Shown here: positions 48,917-57,689 of the stretch, piece after piece
Numbering within the stretch: the stretch's first letter is position 1
Layout: each line of letters begins with the position of its first letter
Source of the DNA: an uncultured virus (IMG/VR IMGVR_UViG_3300022900_000008)
Taxonomy: Duplodnaviria; Heunggongvirae; Uroviricota; Caudoviricetes
Length of the DNA stretch: 64,000 bases
Direction: 5' to 3' (one strand)
Virus record (IMG/VR): IMGVR_UViG_3300022900_000008
Program-made: the position numbers and the translations under genes
The notes under the pieces: generated by a model
Databases searched by the model: none
What the model was told of the DNA's origin: nothing
Seen by the model: the letters and a program-made list of their open reading frames with translations, nothing else

Positions 48917-49664
48917 TACTAAGAATTACCACAAAGGCTGTGAAGTCGTTGCCGAGTATCTTATAAATAAATACGGCGTATCTGATTGGAGATACACTCG
49001 AGATCAACTTGAGGATATCGACTTCAGTAAGTATGACCGCGTCGTCCTAAACGGCGAAGGTACGCTTCATCACAATACTCGTTCAGCTCGAAGACAACTA
49101 ACAGCCCTGAGGTTAGCCCAGTATGCAGGATGCGAAACTCATCTTGTCAATACTGTGTGGCAAGAGATGCCTAACACTTGGGATGACGTACTCGCCAACT
49201 GTAAATCCGTTCAAGTAAGAGAGGTACTATCACAATATGAAATGTCGTCTAAACATGGAAGACTACCTACAGTTGCTCCTGACTGTAGCTACCTTCATAA
49301 CGATGTGGCTGTCCGTGAGTTCGCTCACGTAGCAGTCTACGAAGGCCAATATATGAAGGCCAATCCATACGGGGTTCAAGGCGGCTATCCTCGTATCGAT
49401 ATATTTAGTCAAACGTGGGAAGAGATCGTTAACCGTTTACGTAACTGCGATTTACTTATCACTGGTAGACATCATGAGATGTATGCCGCCTGTGTAGCAG
49501 AGTGTAGATTTCTTGTGACTCCTGGTAACACCTGGAAGAACCAAGGATTGTTGAAATCAGCTGGTGTGGATATACCGTTCGACGTAGATGGAGCCCTTTC
49601 GGGCAAATACGACGATCAGTATAACCGTTTGTGGGATTATTTAAGGTCCTTTAGAACTAAATAA
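48894..49664 (+). CDS. Polysaccharide pyruvyltransferase-like protein
   Basis: HKGC N-terminus, VLNGEGTLH, VREVLS, PDCS, ITGRHH motifs. Confidence 0.65.
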   Translation: MNTFLLNNTKNYHKGCEVVAEYLINKYGVSDWRYTRDQLEDIDFSKYDRVVLNGEGTLHHNTRSARRQLTALRLAQYAGCETHLVNTVWQEMPNTWDDVLANCKSVQVREVLSQYEMSSKHGRLPTVAPDCSYLHNDVAVREFAHVAVYEGQYMKANPYGVQGGYPRIDIFSQTWEEIVNRLRNCDLLITGRHHEMYAACVAECRFLVTPGNTWKNQGLLKSAGVDIPFDVDGALSGKYDDQYNRLWDYLRSFRTK

Positions 49665-49686
49665 TCTAAAAAAAATTCATTTTTTT

Positions 49687-49744
49687 AGCCAATAAAATCA
49701 ATAGGTTACGGAGGATCACCTCTAAGCCATTGATTCTATTGGCT
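49687..49744. repeat. Imperfect inverted repeat containing two IHF-consensus sites
   Basis: AATCAATAGGTTA at 49696-49708 (+) and AATCAATGGCTTA at 49735-49723 (-), both fitting WATCAANNNNTTR, with flanking A/T tracts. Confidence 0.7.
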
Positions 49745-49770
49745 TTTTTTTATGAAAAAAAATGAAAAAA

Positions 49771-49834
49771 TATGCATTTTTCTATTTACATCCGCTAAAA
49801 CATAGTGTATAATGGTACTATCAAATGGAAGGAA
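49771..49834 (+). promoter_or_regulatory. Class A early promoter plus conserved leader
   Basis: TATGCAT...TTTACA(49785)-N17-TATAAT(49808); TATCAAATGGAAGGA from 49819. Confidence 0.85.
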
Positions 49835-49842
49835 ACTATGTT

Positions 49843-50181
49843 ATGATTAAGATTTACCAAATTCAACTGACCGAAGATCAAGTCAACCTTATCAATGAAA
49901 CTGGCGACCACAACTCGGTTCCAGCTCAAAAGGCTAAGCTTGATGCTTCTATCCTTGGCAAGTTCGCTGCCGAAAACTTCAAGTTCTACACTGAGGCATA
50001 TCATGTCTACAGCGACGATCTTGAGGAAGCCTTCGAGGCAACCAATCTTTGGAACAAGCAAGAGATCGTGGACGTAATCGGAGATCGTGGTTACAGTTCA
50101 TCAACTGGCGATATCTTTGAGAAGAACGGTGAGTTCTTCCTTTGCGCCAACTTCGGATTCAATCAAGTGGAGGTAGCATAA
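49843..50181 (+). CDS. Early hypothetical protein (YodL-like)
   Basis: DLEEAFEATN...SSSTGDI motif. Confidence 0.6.
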   Translation: MIKIYQIQLTEDQVNLINETGDHNSVPAQKAKLDASILGKFAAENFKFYTEAYHVYSDDLEEAFEATNLWNKQEIVDVIGDRGYSSSTGDIFEKNGEFFLCANFGFNQVEVA

Positions 50182-50516
50182 TGTACGTAGTATCAACTCA
50201 GCACGTCGAGAACTATGGCGCTCATTGTGAGGACGGTAAGTTCTCTTCTGGTAACTCTTATTGGAAGTTCAAGGGTGGACAGGACTACATCGTAAAGGAT
50301 GTGGATCGTCCTGCCGATGCTATGGCCTTCGTCATGGCTGCGTTCTCCATGAACTCTATTATGTTCAAGGAGTTCCCAACCGAGGTTAAGACCTTTGAGG
50401 AGTGGAACGCTGATCTTCCTGACGACCAGGAGTATCGTAAGTTCCTTCGTGAGCAGGTACTTGTTGTATCTCCTCTTACTGGCAACGATTTCAAAAAGGG
50501 GTGGCTCAATGTTTAA
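50181..50516 (+). CDS. Early hypothetical protein
   Basis: TQHVENYGAH...YWKFKGG; GGAGG RBS. Confidence 0.7.
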   Translation: MYVVSTQHVENYGAHCEDGKFSSGNSYWKFKGGQDYIVKDVDRPADAMAFVMAAFSMNSIMFKEFPTEVKTFEEWNADLPDDQEYRKFLREQVLVVSPLTGNDFKKGWLNV

Positions 50517-50712
50517 GAACCTATGTTACTCTATAGTCTTCTTTGGATTAATTGGTGTCGGAGTGTATGCCGGCAATGAGGCTCTTAAGATGCCGGATGT
50601 AAAGTTTAGTTACTCTACTGGAGCGTGTGTTGAAGTCGTCAACTACGATTCAGACCACAACTACACTTGTGAAGACTATCCGACTAAATTCAACCACGTA
50701 TGGGTAGAATAA
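50509..50712 (+). CDS. Small membrane-anchored protein
   Basis: N-terminal transmembrane segment and a Cys pair; coupled ORF. Confidence 0.55.
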   Translation: MFKNLCYSIVFFGLIGVGVYAGNEALKMPDVKFSYSTGACVEVVNYDSDHNYTCEDYPTKFNHVWVE

Positions 50713-50927
50713 TGAAGTTAGCTTATTGTGATTACATAGCTGATCGTATCAGACATTTCTTAAACTACGATCTCAAAGAGAATCGTCTTTACACTATTAT
50801 CAGCGAGGTTGGTAGGGTTGAGATGGATCTGCATCCAACTGAAGGTTACTTTCAATCCACCAAAAAAGTCATTGAGGTAACTGACATAAATAGTAAAAGG
50901 TATAGGATTACCGTAGAGGAGATTTAA
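50712..50927 (+). CDS. Hypothetical protein
   Basis: Coupled ORF ending YRITVEEI. Confidence 0.6.
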   Translation: MKLAYCDYIADRIRHFLNYDLKENRLYTIISEVGRVEMDLHPTEGYFQSTKKVIEVTDINSKRYRITVEEI

Positions 50928-51127
50928 TGTTTTTAGAGTATTGGATGATAGCAGTACTTGCAGCTATGTTTGCGGCAGGTATGTGGGACATGAATCTTAA
51001 AGGATTCAAGGAAGGCGTAGCGGCTGGAGCAGAAGGTGCTTTGGCCATGTTGGAGAAGGAAGGAATCATTGATGTTAGTATCGATGGAGAAATTTCTTCG
51101 TCAAAATGTGAAAAAAATTCATTTTAG
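50927..51127 (+). CDS. Small membrane protein
   Basis: GAGGAG RBS, N-terminal hydrophobic helix. Confidence 0.55.
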   Translation: MFLEYWMIAVLAAMFAAGMWDMNLKGFKEGVAAGAEGALAMLEKEGIIDVSIDGEISSSKCEKNSF

Positions 51128-51130
51128 CTA

Positions 51131-51180
51131 TTTACATTAGCTAAAGACTATGGTATAATGGTTATATCAAATGGAAGGAG
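51131..51180 (+). promoter_or_regulatory. Class A early promoter plus conserved leader
   Basis: TTTACA(51131)-N17-TATAAT(51154); TATCAAATGGAAGGAG at 51165-51180. Confidence 0.85.
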
Positions 51181-51188
51181 AATACATT

Positions 51189-51521
51189 ATGTTTCAACAA
51201 GTAAATACTAAAGCCCGCAGTTCCAAGGATTATCTTGGATCAATCTATGCTGCCGATGCGGCCGGCATGCTTCAACTCGAAGATCTTCGTCGTATGGTTA
51301 AGAACTTGAATACCGATCTTCGTAAATTCGGTGCCACTGATTCTAAAGGTAACGCCATTCAGTTCCGAGTACGAGTCTGTGGTCGTGAACCTATTGAGAC
51401 TGGAACCGCTACGCATTGGCTCTTTGGTACCGCAAAGGGTCGTAAGTACGACTGGGGCGGTAACTGCATCGGCGGTTTAGCTAACGCTTCTCGTTTTGAT
51501 ATCTACCTCTATAGGAGATAA
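51189..51521 (+). CDS. Early hypothetical protein
   Basis: First ORF after the class A promoter; ends FDIYLYRR. Confidence 0.65.
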   Translation: MFQQVNTKARSSKDYLGSIYAADAAGMLQLEDLRRMVKNLNTDLRKFGATDSKGNAIQFRVRVCGREPIETGTATHWLFGTAKGRKYDWGGNCIGGLANASRFDIYLYRR

Positions 51522-51523
51522 TC

Positions 51524-51733
51524 ATGGGAAGAGTTAAGGACTATTTCTGGGACGAGATCGAGGCTGCAAGGGAACAAGAATACCTTGAGCCTGATTTTGA
51601 ATCATATTACGAAAATTTGGAGTCACAAAATGCTACTGAAGATAAAGGGCGGAACCAAGAAGCAGAGAATGTTGGCGGAGGATGCGATAGTGTTCGTGGC
51701 CAACAAGTTCATGCCACGGATGACAACTCTTGA
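51524..51733 (+). CDS. Small hypothetical protein
   Basis: MGRVKDY start with AGGAG RBS; 3' part overlaps the next gene. Confidence 0.45.
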   Translation: MGRVKDYFWDEIEAAREQEYLEPDFESYYENLESQNATEDKGRNQEAENVGGGCDSVRGQQVHATDDNS

Positions 51734-52079
51734 TGTAGAGCTACGCATTCGTAAGTTCAACAAGAGTGGTGAGGAAGGCGTCGTCGGATGGTGTACATGG
51801 GAAGACAGCAATGTCCGACCCAGAACCTTCTTGATTGAGTCTGACTCTCAGCAGAATACAACGTCGTTCATTAAGACCGTCATTCATGAGATGGTCCACG
51901 TTAAGCAGTATGCTACGGGTCAAATGAAGGAACGTTTCAAGATGGGCCATAGGGTCTATTGGAAAGACAAGGATTATACTGGCACGAGTTACTCAAAGAC
52001 TCCATGGGAGCGTGAGGCATATCGTAAACAGGAAAGTTTAACAAAGGAATTCCTTAGGGAATGGTTAGATGTAGAATAA
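51630..52079 (+). CDS. Putative zinc metallopeptidase (HExxH)
   Basis: TVIHEMVHVKQY and PWEREAY. Confidence 0.75.
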   Translation: MLLKIKGGTKKQRMLAEDAIVFVANKFMPRMTTLDVELRIRKFNKSGEEGVVGWCTWEDSNVRPRTFLIESDSQQNTTSFIKTVIHEMVHVKQYATGQMKERFKMGHRVYWKDKDYTGTSYSKTPWEREAYRKQESLTKEFLREWLDVE

Positions 52080-52080
52080 G

Positions 52081-52160
52081 AAGCCCGTTTTAAGGGACAA
52101 GAAACTTCCATTTGATAAACTTGGGGCGGCGGGGTGTAAACTTTGTCGCCTTTCTTTTTT
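52081..52160 (+). ncRNA. Candidate structured RNA/3'UTR antisense to the early-gene leader, ending in a terminator
   Basis: CCC/GGG hairpin; CAAG[AAACTTCCATTTGATAAA]CTTG stem-loop; GGCGGCGGGG-TGTAAA-CTTTGTCGCC plus T-run. Confidence 0.5.
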
Positions 52161-52190
52161 TATAAATAGTAGTGTAACTTCGGAGGTAAC

Positions 52191-53252
52191 ATGGCATACG
52201 ACTTTTTTCCAAAGAGCGAACGTGAGTTAGCTAATAAGATTAAGGGATTTCCTGCTGACAATCAGTTGGAGATCATACGGCTGTTTAACTTCTTAAAGAA
52301 AAAAGCACGTGGGCTCGATGCGCCAATCAACCTAGATTTGAAAAAGCCATCCAATGTCAATGTAAGTAGACAACTCGATGGCGATGTTCGTATCGCAGAC
52401 GTATCCCGCGGAGCTAAACTTAAGAAGGTTAAACTCAAATTTGGTAATGGCTCTTCAGGAAACCGAGGAGCTAAGAACAGGGGTAACCTATTCGAGGAGC
52501 AGTTTGCTAATGCTCTTTTGGACTGGTGGGCTGGACGACCCGTTGATGGCAAAATGTTAAAGGCTATTGAGGATCTCGATAAGACCTACAAACTAGGTGA
52601 CTCCAAGAAGTTCATCGTTAAGGTTGAGGGTGGAGAAAACACCAGAAGGCCATTGCAGTTTGATTCAGGTATCTACCTTGACAATCCAAAGGGTCAAGGA
52701 AACGATGTTGGTCAATCAGTAACCGACATTACACTTGAGACGGACAAGGGGCCAATCTTTCTCAGCTTGAAACTCGGTGGTACGACTACGTTCTTTAACG
52801 TTGGTGTTCGTACTATCCTAACTCCACAAGAAATTCAAAAAGGTCAGATTACGAATCCAAAGGGTCTTTCCTTGTTGAAACTATTCGGAGTTGACCAAGA
52901 AAAGTTCTGTAAGATCTTCACCGGTGATCTACCAGGAGGAGAGATTATTAAGAATGCGCCATACGACAAAGGTATGATGAAAAAGCTGATGGAGTCTGGC
53001 ATTGGATTCAACTACCATATCATTCATAAGTTTCCTGCTCGTATCCTAAGTAAGAAGATGGATAAAAAGGCAATGCAGTCAGCGGCTAAGACTGGAGATC
53101 TTACGATCTTTTATGGCGGTAAAGGCGGTAGCGGTAAACGAATAGACATGGAGTTTTCATCTCCTACATATTCATTTAAGATTAACATCAGAGACACACA
53201 AGGTAAGGATGGATTCCCTACTCGTATGATGTGTGACTTCAAATACGTATAG
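52191..53252 (+). CDS. Late protein with a restriction-endonuclease-like core
   Basis: RGNLFEE...TDITL...LSLK pattern; TATAAATA at 52161. Confidence 0.5.
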   Translation: MAYDFFPKSERELANKIKGFPADNQLEIIRLFNFLKKKARGLDAPINLDLKKPSNVNVSRQLDGDVRIADVSRGAKLKKVKLKFGNGSSGNRGAKNRGNLFEEQFANALLDWWAGRPVDGKMLKAIEDLDKTYKLGDSKKFIVKVEGGENTRRPLQFDSGIYLDNPKGQGNDVGQSVTDITLETDKGPIFLSLKLGGTTTFFNVGVRTILTPQEIQKGQITNPKGLSLLKLFGVDQEKFCKIFTGDLPGGEIIKNAPYDKGMMKKLMESGIGFNYHIIHKFPARILSKKMDKKAMQSAAKTGDLTIFYGGKGGSGKRIDMEFSSPTYSFKINIRDTQGKDGFPTRMMCDFKYV

Positions 53253-53260
53253 GAACAAAC

Positions 53261-54502
53261 ATGCAGACGTTCAAAACATATATCGCTGAGGCGGCTAAGA
53301 ACCTCCATATGACTCACCTTGAGGATCAAGTAATCTATGGTGGAGTGAATGGCGCAAGACAAGCAATCCTTGCTCTTCGTTCTCTTCGTGATATGTTAGC
53401 CGGTGAGGCAAAACGTCCGGTTGATGTAACCGTCAAATGGGACGGAGCACCAGCCATCTTTGCTGGAGTGGATCCAAGGGATGGTAAGTTCTTTGTTGCT
53501 AAGAAAGGCGTGTTCAATAAAAACCCTAAGATCTATAAGACTGATGCCGATATCGATGCGGATACATCCGGTGATCTATCAAATAAGCTAAAGACTTGCC
53601 TTAAGTATATGCCTTCACTTGGTATCAAAGGTGTGGTTCAAGGCGACTTGATGTTTACGTCTGATGATATTGATACCGATACTATTGACGGTACTAAGTA
53701 CTATACCTTTCAGCCAAACACAATCGTATATGCAGTACCCGTTGACTCTGACGGCGCAAAGGAAATCAAAAAGGCTAAGATGGGTATCGTATTTCATACA
53801 CGATACACCGGATCTGACTTTGAGTCAATGAAAGCATCGTTTGATGTTAAGGCTTCTGAGTTTAAGGCAACACCAAATGTTTGGTTCCAAGATGCAACCC
53901 TTAGGGATCTATCAGGTACGGCTACGTTGACTAAGAAGGATACCGACGAGGTAACCAAGGCATTATCCGAAGCGGGTAAGATATTCCGTAAGATTGCTGG
54001 ATCAACTCTTCGTGAGATCGAAGGAAATGAAACCTTGGCTCAAACCATTGAGACTTACAATAATACGTTTGTTCGTAAGCAGGAAGTCATCAAGGATACT
54101 AGAAAACATGTTGACGGATTAATCAAATATATATCTGATAAGTATCAAAAAGAAATCGATACCAAAAAGTCAGAGAAGGGTAAGGCAACATGGGAAGGCA
54201 AGAAGGCGGATATCTTAAAGTTCTTTTCTTCCTCAAATAAAGCTAACCTAAAACTACTGTTTGATTTGCAAAAAGCAATCGTTTCTGCGAAACTTATTAT
54301 TATAAATAAACTAAACAGGTTGCAAAAGATGTCAACATTCGTTCGTACTCCAAACGGATTTAAGACGACAGGTGTTGAAGGATACGTTGCAATCGACAAG
54401 TTAAGTGGTGGTGCAGTTAAGTTGGTGGACCGTATGGAGTTCTCCTACAACAACTTTAGCCCTGATATTATTAAAGGCTGGGACAAACCGTCTCGATCCT
54501 AA
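53261..54502 (+). CDS. ATP-dependent ligase-fold nucleotidyltransferase-like protein
   Basis: TVKWDGAP (motif I KxDG), QGDLMF, EGYV (IV), VKLVDR (V); N-terminal MQTFKTYIAE. Confidence 0.7.
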   Translation: MQTFKTYIAEAAKNLHMTHLEDQVIYGGVNGARQAILALRSLRDMLAGEAKRPVDVTVKWDGAPAIFAGVDPRDGKFFVAKKGVFNKNPKIYKTDADIDADTSGDLSNKLKTCLKYMPSLGIKGVVQGDLMFTSDDIDTDTIDGTKYYTFQPNTIVYAVPVDSDGAKEIKKAKMGIVFHTRYTGSDFESMKASFDVKASEFKATPNVWFQDATLRDLSGTATLTKKDTDEVTKALSEAGKIFRKIAGSTLREIEGNETLAQTIETYNNTFVRKQEVIKDTRKHVDGLIKYISDKYQKEIDTKKSEKGKATWEGKKADILKFFSSSNKANLKLLFDLQKAIVSAKLIIINKLNRLQKMSTFVRTPNGFKTTGVEGYVAIDKLSGGAVKLVDRMEFSYNNFSPDIIKGWDKPSRS

Positions 54503-54517
54503 TGGGAATTTGGAAAA

Positions 54518-54919
54518 ATGAAAGACTATAAACAAGTTCAACGAGAGCTTACGGAATTAAATGCAGATGGACATCAAGACTCGACTGACGAGGCCTTGAC
54601 TGCTCAACAGCGAATGAAGCTGAAGCAATCCATCCGTCGTAACAAGGCTAAGATTCGCCTTGGACGTGAAAAGGCAAAACGTAAGACCGCGTCTCCAGAG
54701 GTACTACAAAAGAGAGCCAACAAACAGGCTCGTAACGCTATCCTTAAAAAGATACTAAAGAACAAGGATAAAAGCGACCTCAGTTATTCCCAAAGATCAT
54801 CCATTGAAAAGCAGCTCGATAAAAAGAAGTCTGCTATCAAGCGTATCGCTAAACAACTCCTTCCAAAAATTCGTAAGGCCGACCGTGCTAAGTTAAGCGG
54901 CGGTAAGAAGGAGAAGTAA
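54518..54919 (+). CDS. Highly basic prohead core/internal protein
   Basis: K/R-rich after DE|ALT; LQKRANKQAR motif. Confidence 0.6.
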   Translation: MKDYKQVQRELTELNADGHQDSTDEALTAQQRMKLKQSIRRNKAKIRLGREKAKRKTASPEVLQKRANKQARNAILKKILKNKDKSDLSYSQRSSIEKQLDKKKSAIKRIAKQLLPKIRKADRAKLSGGKKEK

Positions 54920-56358
54920 TGTCTTTTAAGAGTTTTGCTGAATACGTTACCGAAGAGACGAAAGAAGTCGTCGTTGCATGGGGTCGATATAATCCCCCTA
55001 CGATTGGTCATGAGAAGCTTATGACTGTTGTTAAAAAGGTTGCGGGTAGCGGTCAGTACAGAATCTATGCATCTCAATCGCAGGATCCCAAAGAGAATCC
55101 TATTGAGTATAAAACCAAAGTAAAATATATGCGCAAGATGTTTCCAAAACATGCGCGCAGCATTATGCTTGAACCAAAGATCCGTACAATGTTTGATCTG
55201 ATGACCAAACTATACGACGAAGGATTTACTAAGGTAACCCTCGTTGCTGGTTCTGACAGAGTTCCTGAGTATGATGTAACACTAAATAAGTATAACGGTG
55301 TAAAGGGTCGCCACGGTTTCTATAACTTTGAGGGTGGCGTTAATATCGTATCGGCAGGACAGCGAGATCCTGACGCAAAGGGCGCAGCGGGTATGTCTGC
55401 ATCTAAGCTCAGAGCTGCGGCCGAAAATAACGATTTCAAAACATTCAGTAAAGGTATGCCTGCTGGGTTCAAAGAAACCCAACAGTTGTTCAATGATGTT
55501 CGCAAAGGTATGGGTCTGAAGGAATCATATGACTTTAGATCTCACTTGCAGTTACAGTCAGTGTCGGAGGAAAGGGAAGCCTACGTTTCTGGAGATCTAT
55601 ATAAAGAAGGTGATCTTATTGTCGTAAAGGAAGACGACGAGGTTGGTGAGATCATTATGCTAGGATCTAATTACGTATTGGTCGAAATGGCTAGTGGTAA
55701 AAAGGTACGTAAATGGTTAACCGACATTGAGTTGGTTGAGAAACTAAAACCACAAGATCCTGATGCTGATGAAGTTCCAGGGTCTCAACCTAAAGGTTAC
55801 TACAAAGGTGTTGATAAGGATAAGAAAGTCGCACGGGCTAAGCACTTCCAACGAGGCGCTAAGAGTGACGATGATGATCCTGCTTCTTATAAGCCTGCTC
55901 CAGGAGATGCCGAGGCCAAGACTAAGCCATCCAAATTTACTAAAAAGTTCAAAAGAATGTATGGTGAGCAGGACGCAACTGACAAGGCCAAGGAACGTAT
56001 TGATAGAGAAAAAGAATCTGATAAGATTAAGCATGACCGTATGATGGATCGTGCAAGGCTCAGAGATACCAAAGCAAAAAATCAAGAGGAAGATGTGAAA
56101 TCATTTAGTTCATTTGCTGGTATCATGACCGAGGATACTACTGCAGCACTTAAGAAGAAAGCTGATAAATCAGGTATGCCAGTAGGGATCCTAAGAAAAG
56201 TTTATAACCGTGGCGTAGCCGCTTGGAGAACAGGACATCGTCCTGGTACTACTCCTGCACAGTGGGGTATGGCTCGCGTCAATTCATTCGTAACTAAATC
56301 GTCAGGAACTTGGGGCAAGGCTGATTCCGATCTTGCTTCTAAAGTAAGGGGAAAATAA
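54919..56358 (+). CDS. HIGH-family cytidylyltransferase-like protein with C-terminal modules
   Basis: GRYNPPTIGHEKL, VAGSDR, GMSASKLR; C-terminal VYNRGVAAWRTGHRPG..QWGMARVNSF module. Confidence 0.8.
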   Translation: MSFKSFAEYVTEETKEVVVAWGRYNPPTIGHEKLMTVVKKVAGSGQYRIYASQSQDPKENPIEYKTKVKYMRKMFPKHARSIMLEPKIRTMFDLMTKLYDEGFTKVTLVAGSDRVPEYDVTLNKYNGVKGRHGFYNFEGGVNIVSAGQRDPDAKGAAGMSASKLRAAAENNDFKTFSKGMPAGFKETQQLFNDVRKGMGLKESYDFRSHLQLQSVSEEREAYVSGDLYKEGDLIVVKEDDEVGEIIMLGSNYVLVEMASGKKVRKWLTDIELVEKLKPQDPDADEVPGSQPKGYYKGVDKDKKVARAKHFQRGAKSDDDDPASYKPAPGDAEAKTKPSKFTKKFKRMYGEQDATDKAKERIDREKESDKIKHDRMMDRARLRDTKAKNQEEDVKSFSSFAGIMTEDTTAALKKKADKSGMPVGILRKVYNRGVAAWRTGHRPGTTPAQWGMARVNSFVTKSSGTWGKADSDLASKVRGK

Positions 56359-57689
56359 TGGACTTCTTTAAGTTAAGAGAAAACGCTGGAGAGTTTGGCA
56401 CAGACAAACTCAAAAAGAAATACGAGGATGACACTCCTGGTCAAAACGAAAAGTATCGCCCACCTACTAAGGCGGAGATCGATGCTGACAAGAAGAAGGA
56501 TCAAAGAGGTAAGAAGCGTCCTTCTATGTCATATAAGAGCGCTAAGAAATCTGTATATAAAGGCATGATGGGCGGTCTTAAGAACGAATCAGTTGAGCAG
56601 CTCGACGAGTTGGATGCAAAGACTCAAAAGAAGTTCGTCGCTGGCGCAAAGGCTATGAAGGCATACGCTACGAAGAATGGTGGAGTCGATAAGGCAGACT
56701 TTATGAAGGCTGCTAAAATGATGGACGACATCGCTCGCATCAATCTACTTCAAGCAGGTCCTATCCTTTCAAGACTGAATCGTTTTGTCGATGGATTGGA
56801 TACTGATGTCCGTGAGCGTATCTACGTTGAGCTTAAGAAGGTTGGTCTTGTAGAATCCATCAACGAAGAGCTTAAGGTATCTGATGGTGTAGCAAAGTGG
56901 ATTACTGATTTCCAAGCATCTGATGCTCCACAGTTCCAAGGTAAGTCTGACGACGAAAAGAAAAAGATGGCTATAGCTGCATTCATGGCGGCTAAGCAAA
57001 AAGACGGTGGCGACGATAAGGAACCACAAAAGGATGAAAGCTCAAAGGCGGCCTTAATGAAGAAGCTTGCTAAATCGGCAGCCTCTTCCGAAAAAGGTAA
57101 AGCAAAAGTAACTTTGAAAAAGGCTCCTTGGGATAAGAAGAACGAATCGGTTCAAAAGGGAACTCATATTTCAGACGATCCAAAGGCTATGGCTAGAATA
57201 GAAAAATTCTTCAAAGGTTTGAAGCATCAGCCCAAAGGCAAAGATATGAAAGATATGTTTGGGTTCATGATGAAACAAATGGGTTATAACTCCAAGACCG
57301 GCCTTAAAGAAGATATGAACGAAAACGAAGATCTAGCAGAAGCTCCTGGCAAATATACAAAAAGAGGTGATAAAGAGCTGTATCAATGGGGTGACATCAA
57401 TCAAGCTTTGATGTCTGCCGGCGCTAATATGCGAATTATCAGCAATGTATTGACTAAGCTTTCAAAGAAAGAAGTTGGTTTACACGAAGATCTAGCAGAA
57501 GCAGCCCCTAAGATTAAAGGTCCTTCCGTAAAAGGTGGAAAGATCATGGGAGTGCCAGGAAAAAAGCTAGGGCAGAAACTTGACATCGAGCCACAAGTTA
57601 GTGGTCTGAAATTGATGTTCAGAGTAACGAGTGACGATGGTTCGTTTAAGACCGTTGATGTTGCTGGTTTAGCTAAGATGGTAAAGTAA
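56358..57689 (+). CDS. Lys/Glu-rich modular protein (putative internal polyprotein)
   Basis: Repeated LRE, LDE, INE, KNES and LAE|A segments. Confidence 0.6.
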   Translation: MDFFKLRENAGEFGTDKLKKKYEDDTPGQNEKYRPPTKAEIDADKKKDQRGKKRPSMSYKSAKKSVYKGMMGGLKNESVEQLDELDAKTQKKFVAGAKAMKAYATKNGGVDKADFMKAAKMMDDIARINLLQAGPILSRLNRFVDGLDTDVRERIYVELKKVGLVESINEELKVSDGVAKWITDFQASDAPQFQGKSDDEKKKMAIAAFMAAKQKDGGDDKEPQKDESSKAALMKKLAKSAASSEKGKAKVTLKKAPWDKKNESVQKGTHISDDPKAMARIEKFFKGLKHQPKGKDMKDMFGFMMKQMGYNSKTGLKEDMNENEDLAEAPGKYTKRGDKELYQWGDINQALMSAGANMRIISNVLTKLSKKEVGLHEDLAEAAPKIKGPSVKGGKIMGVPGKKLGQKLDIEPQVSGLKLMFRVTSDDGSFKTVDVAGLAKMVK

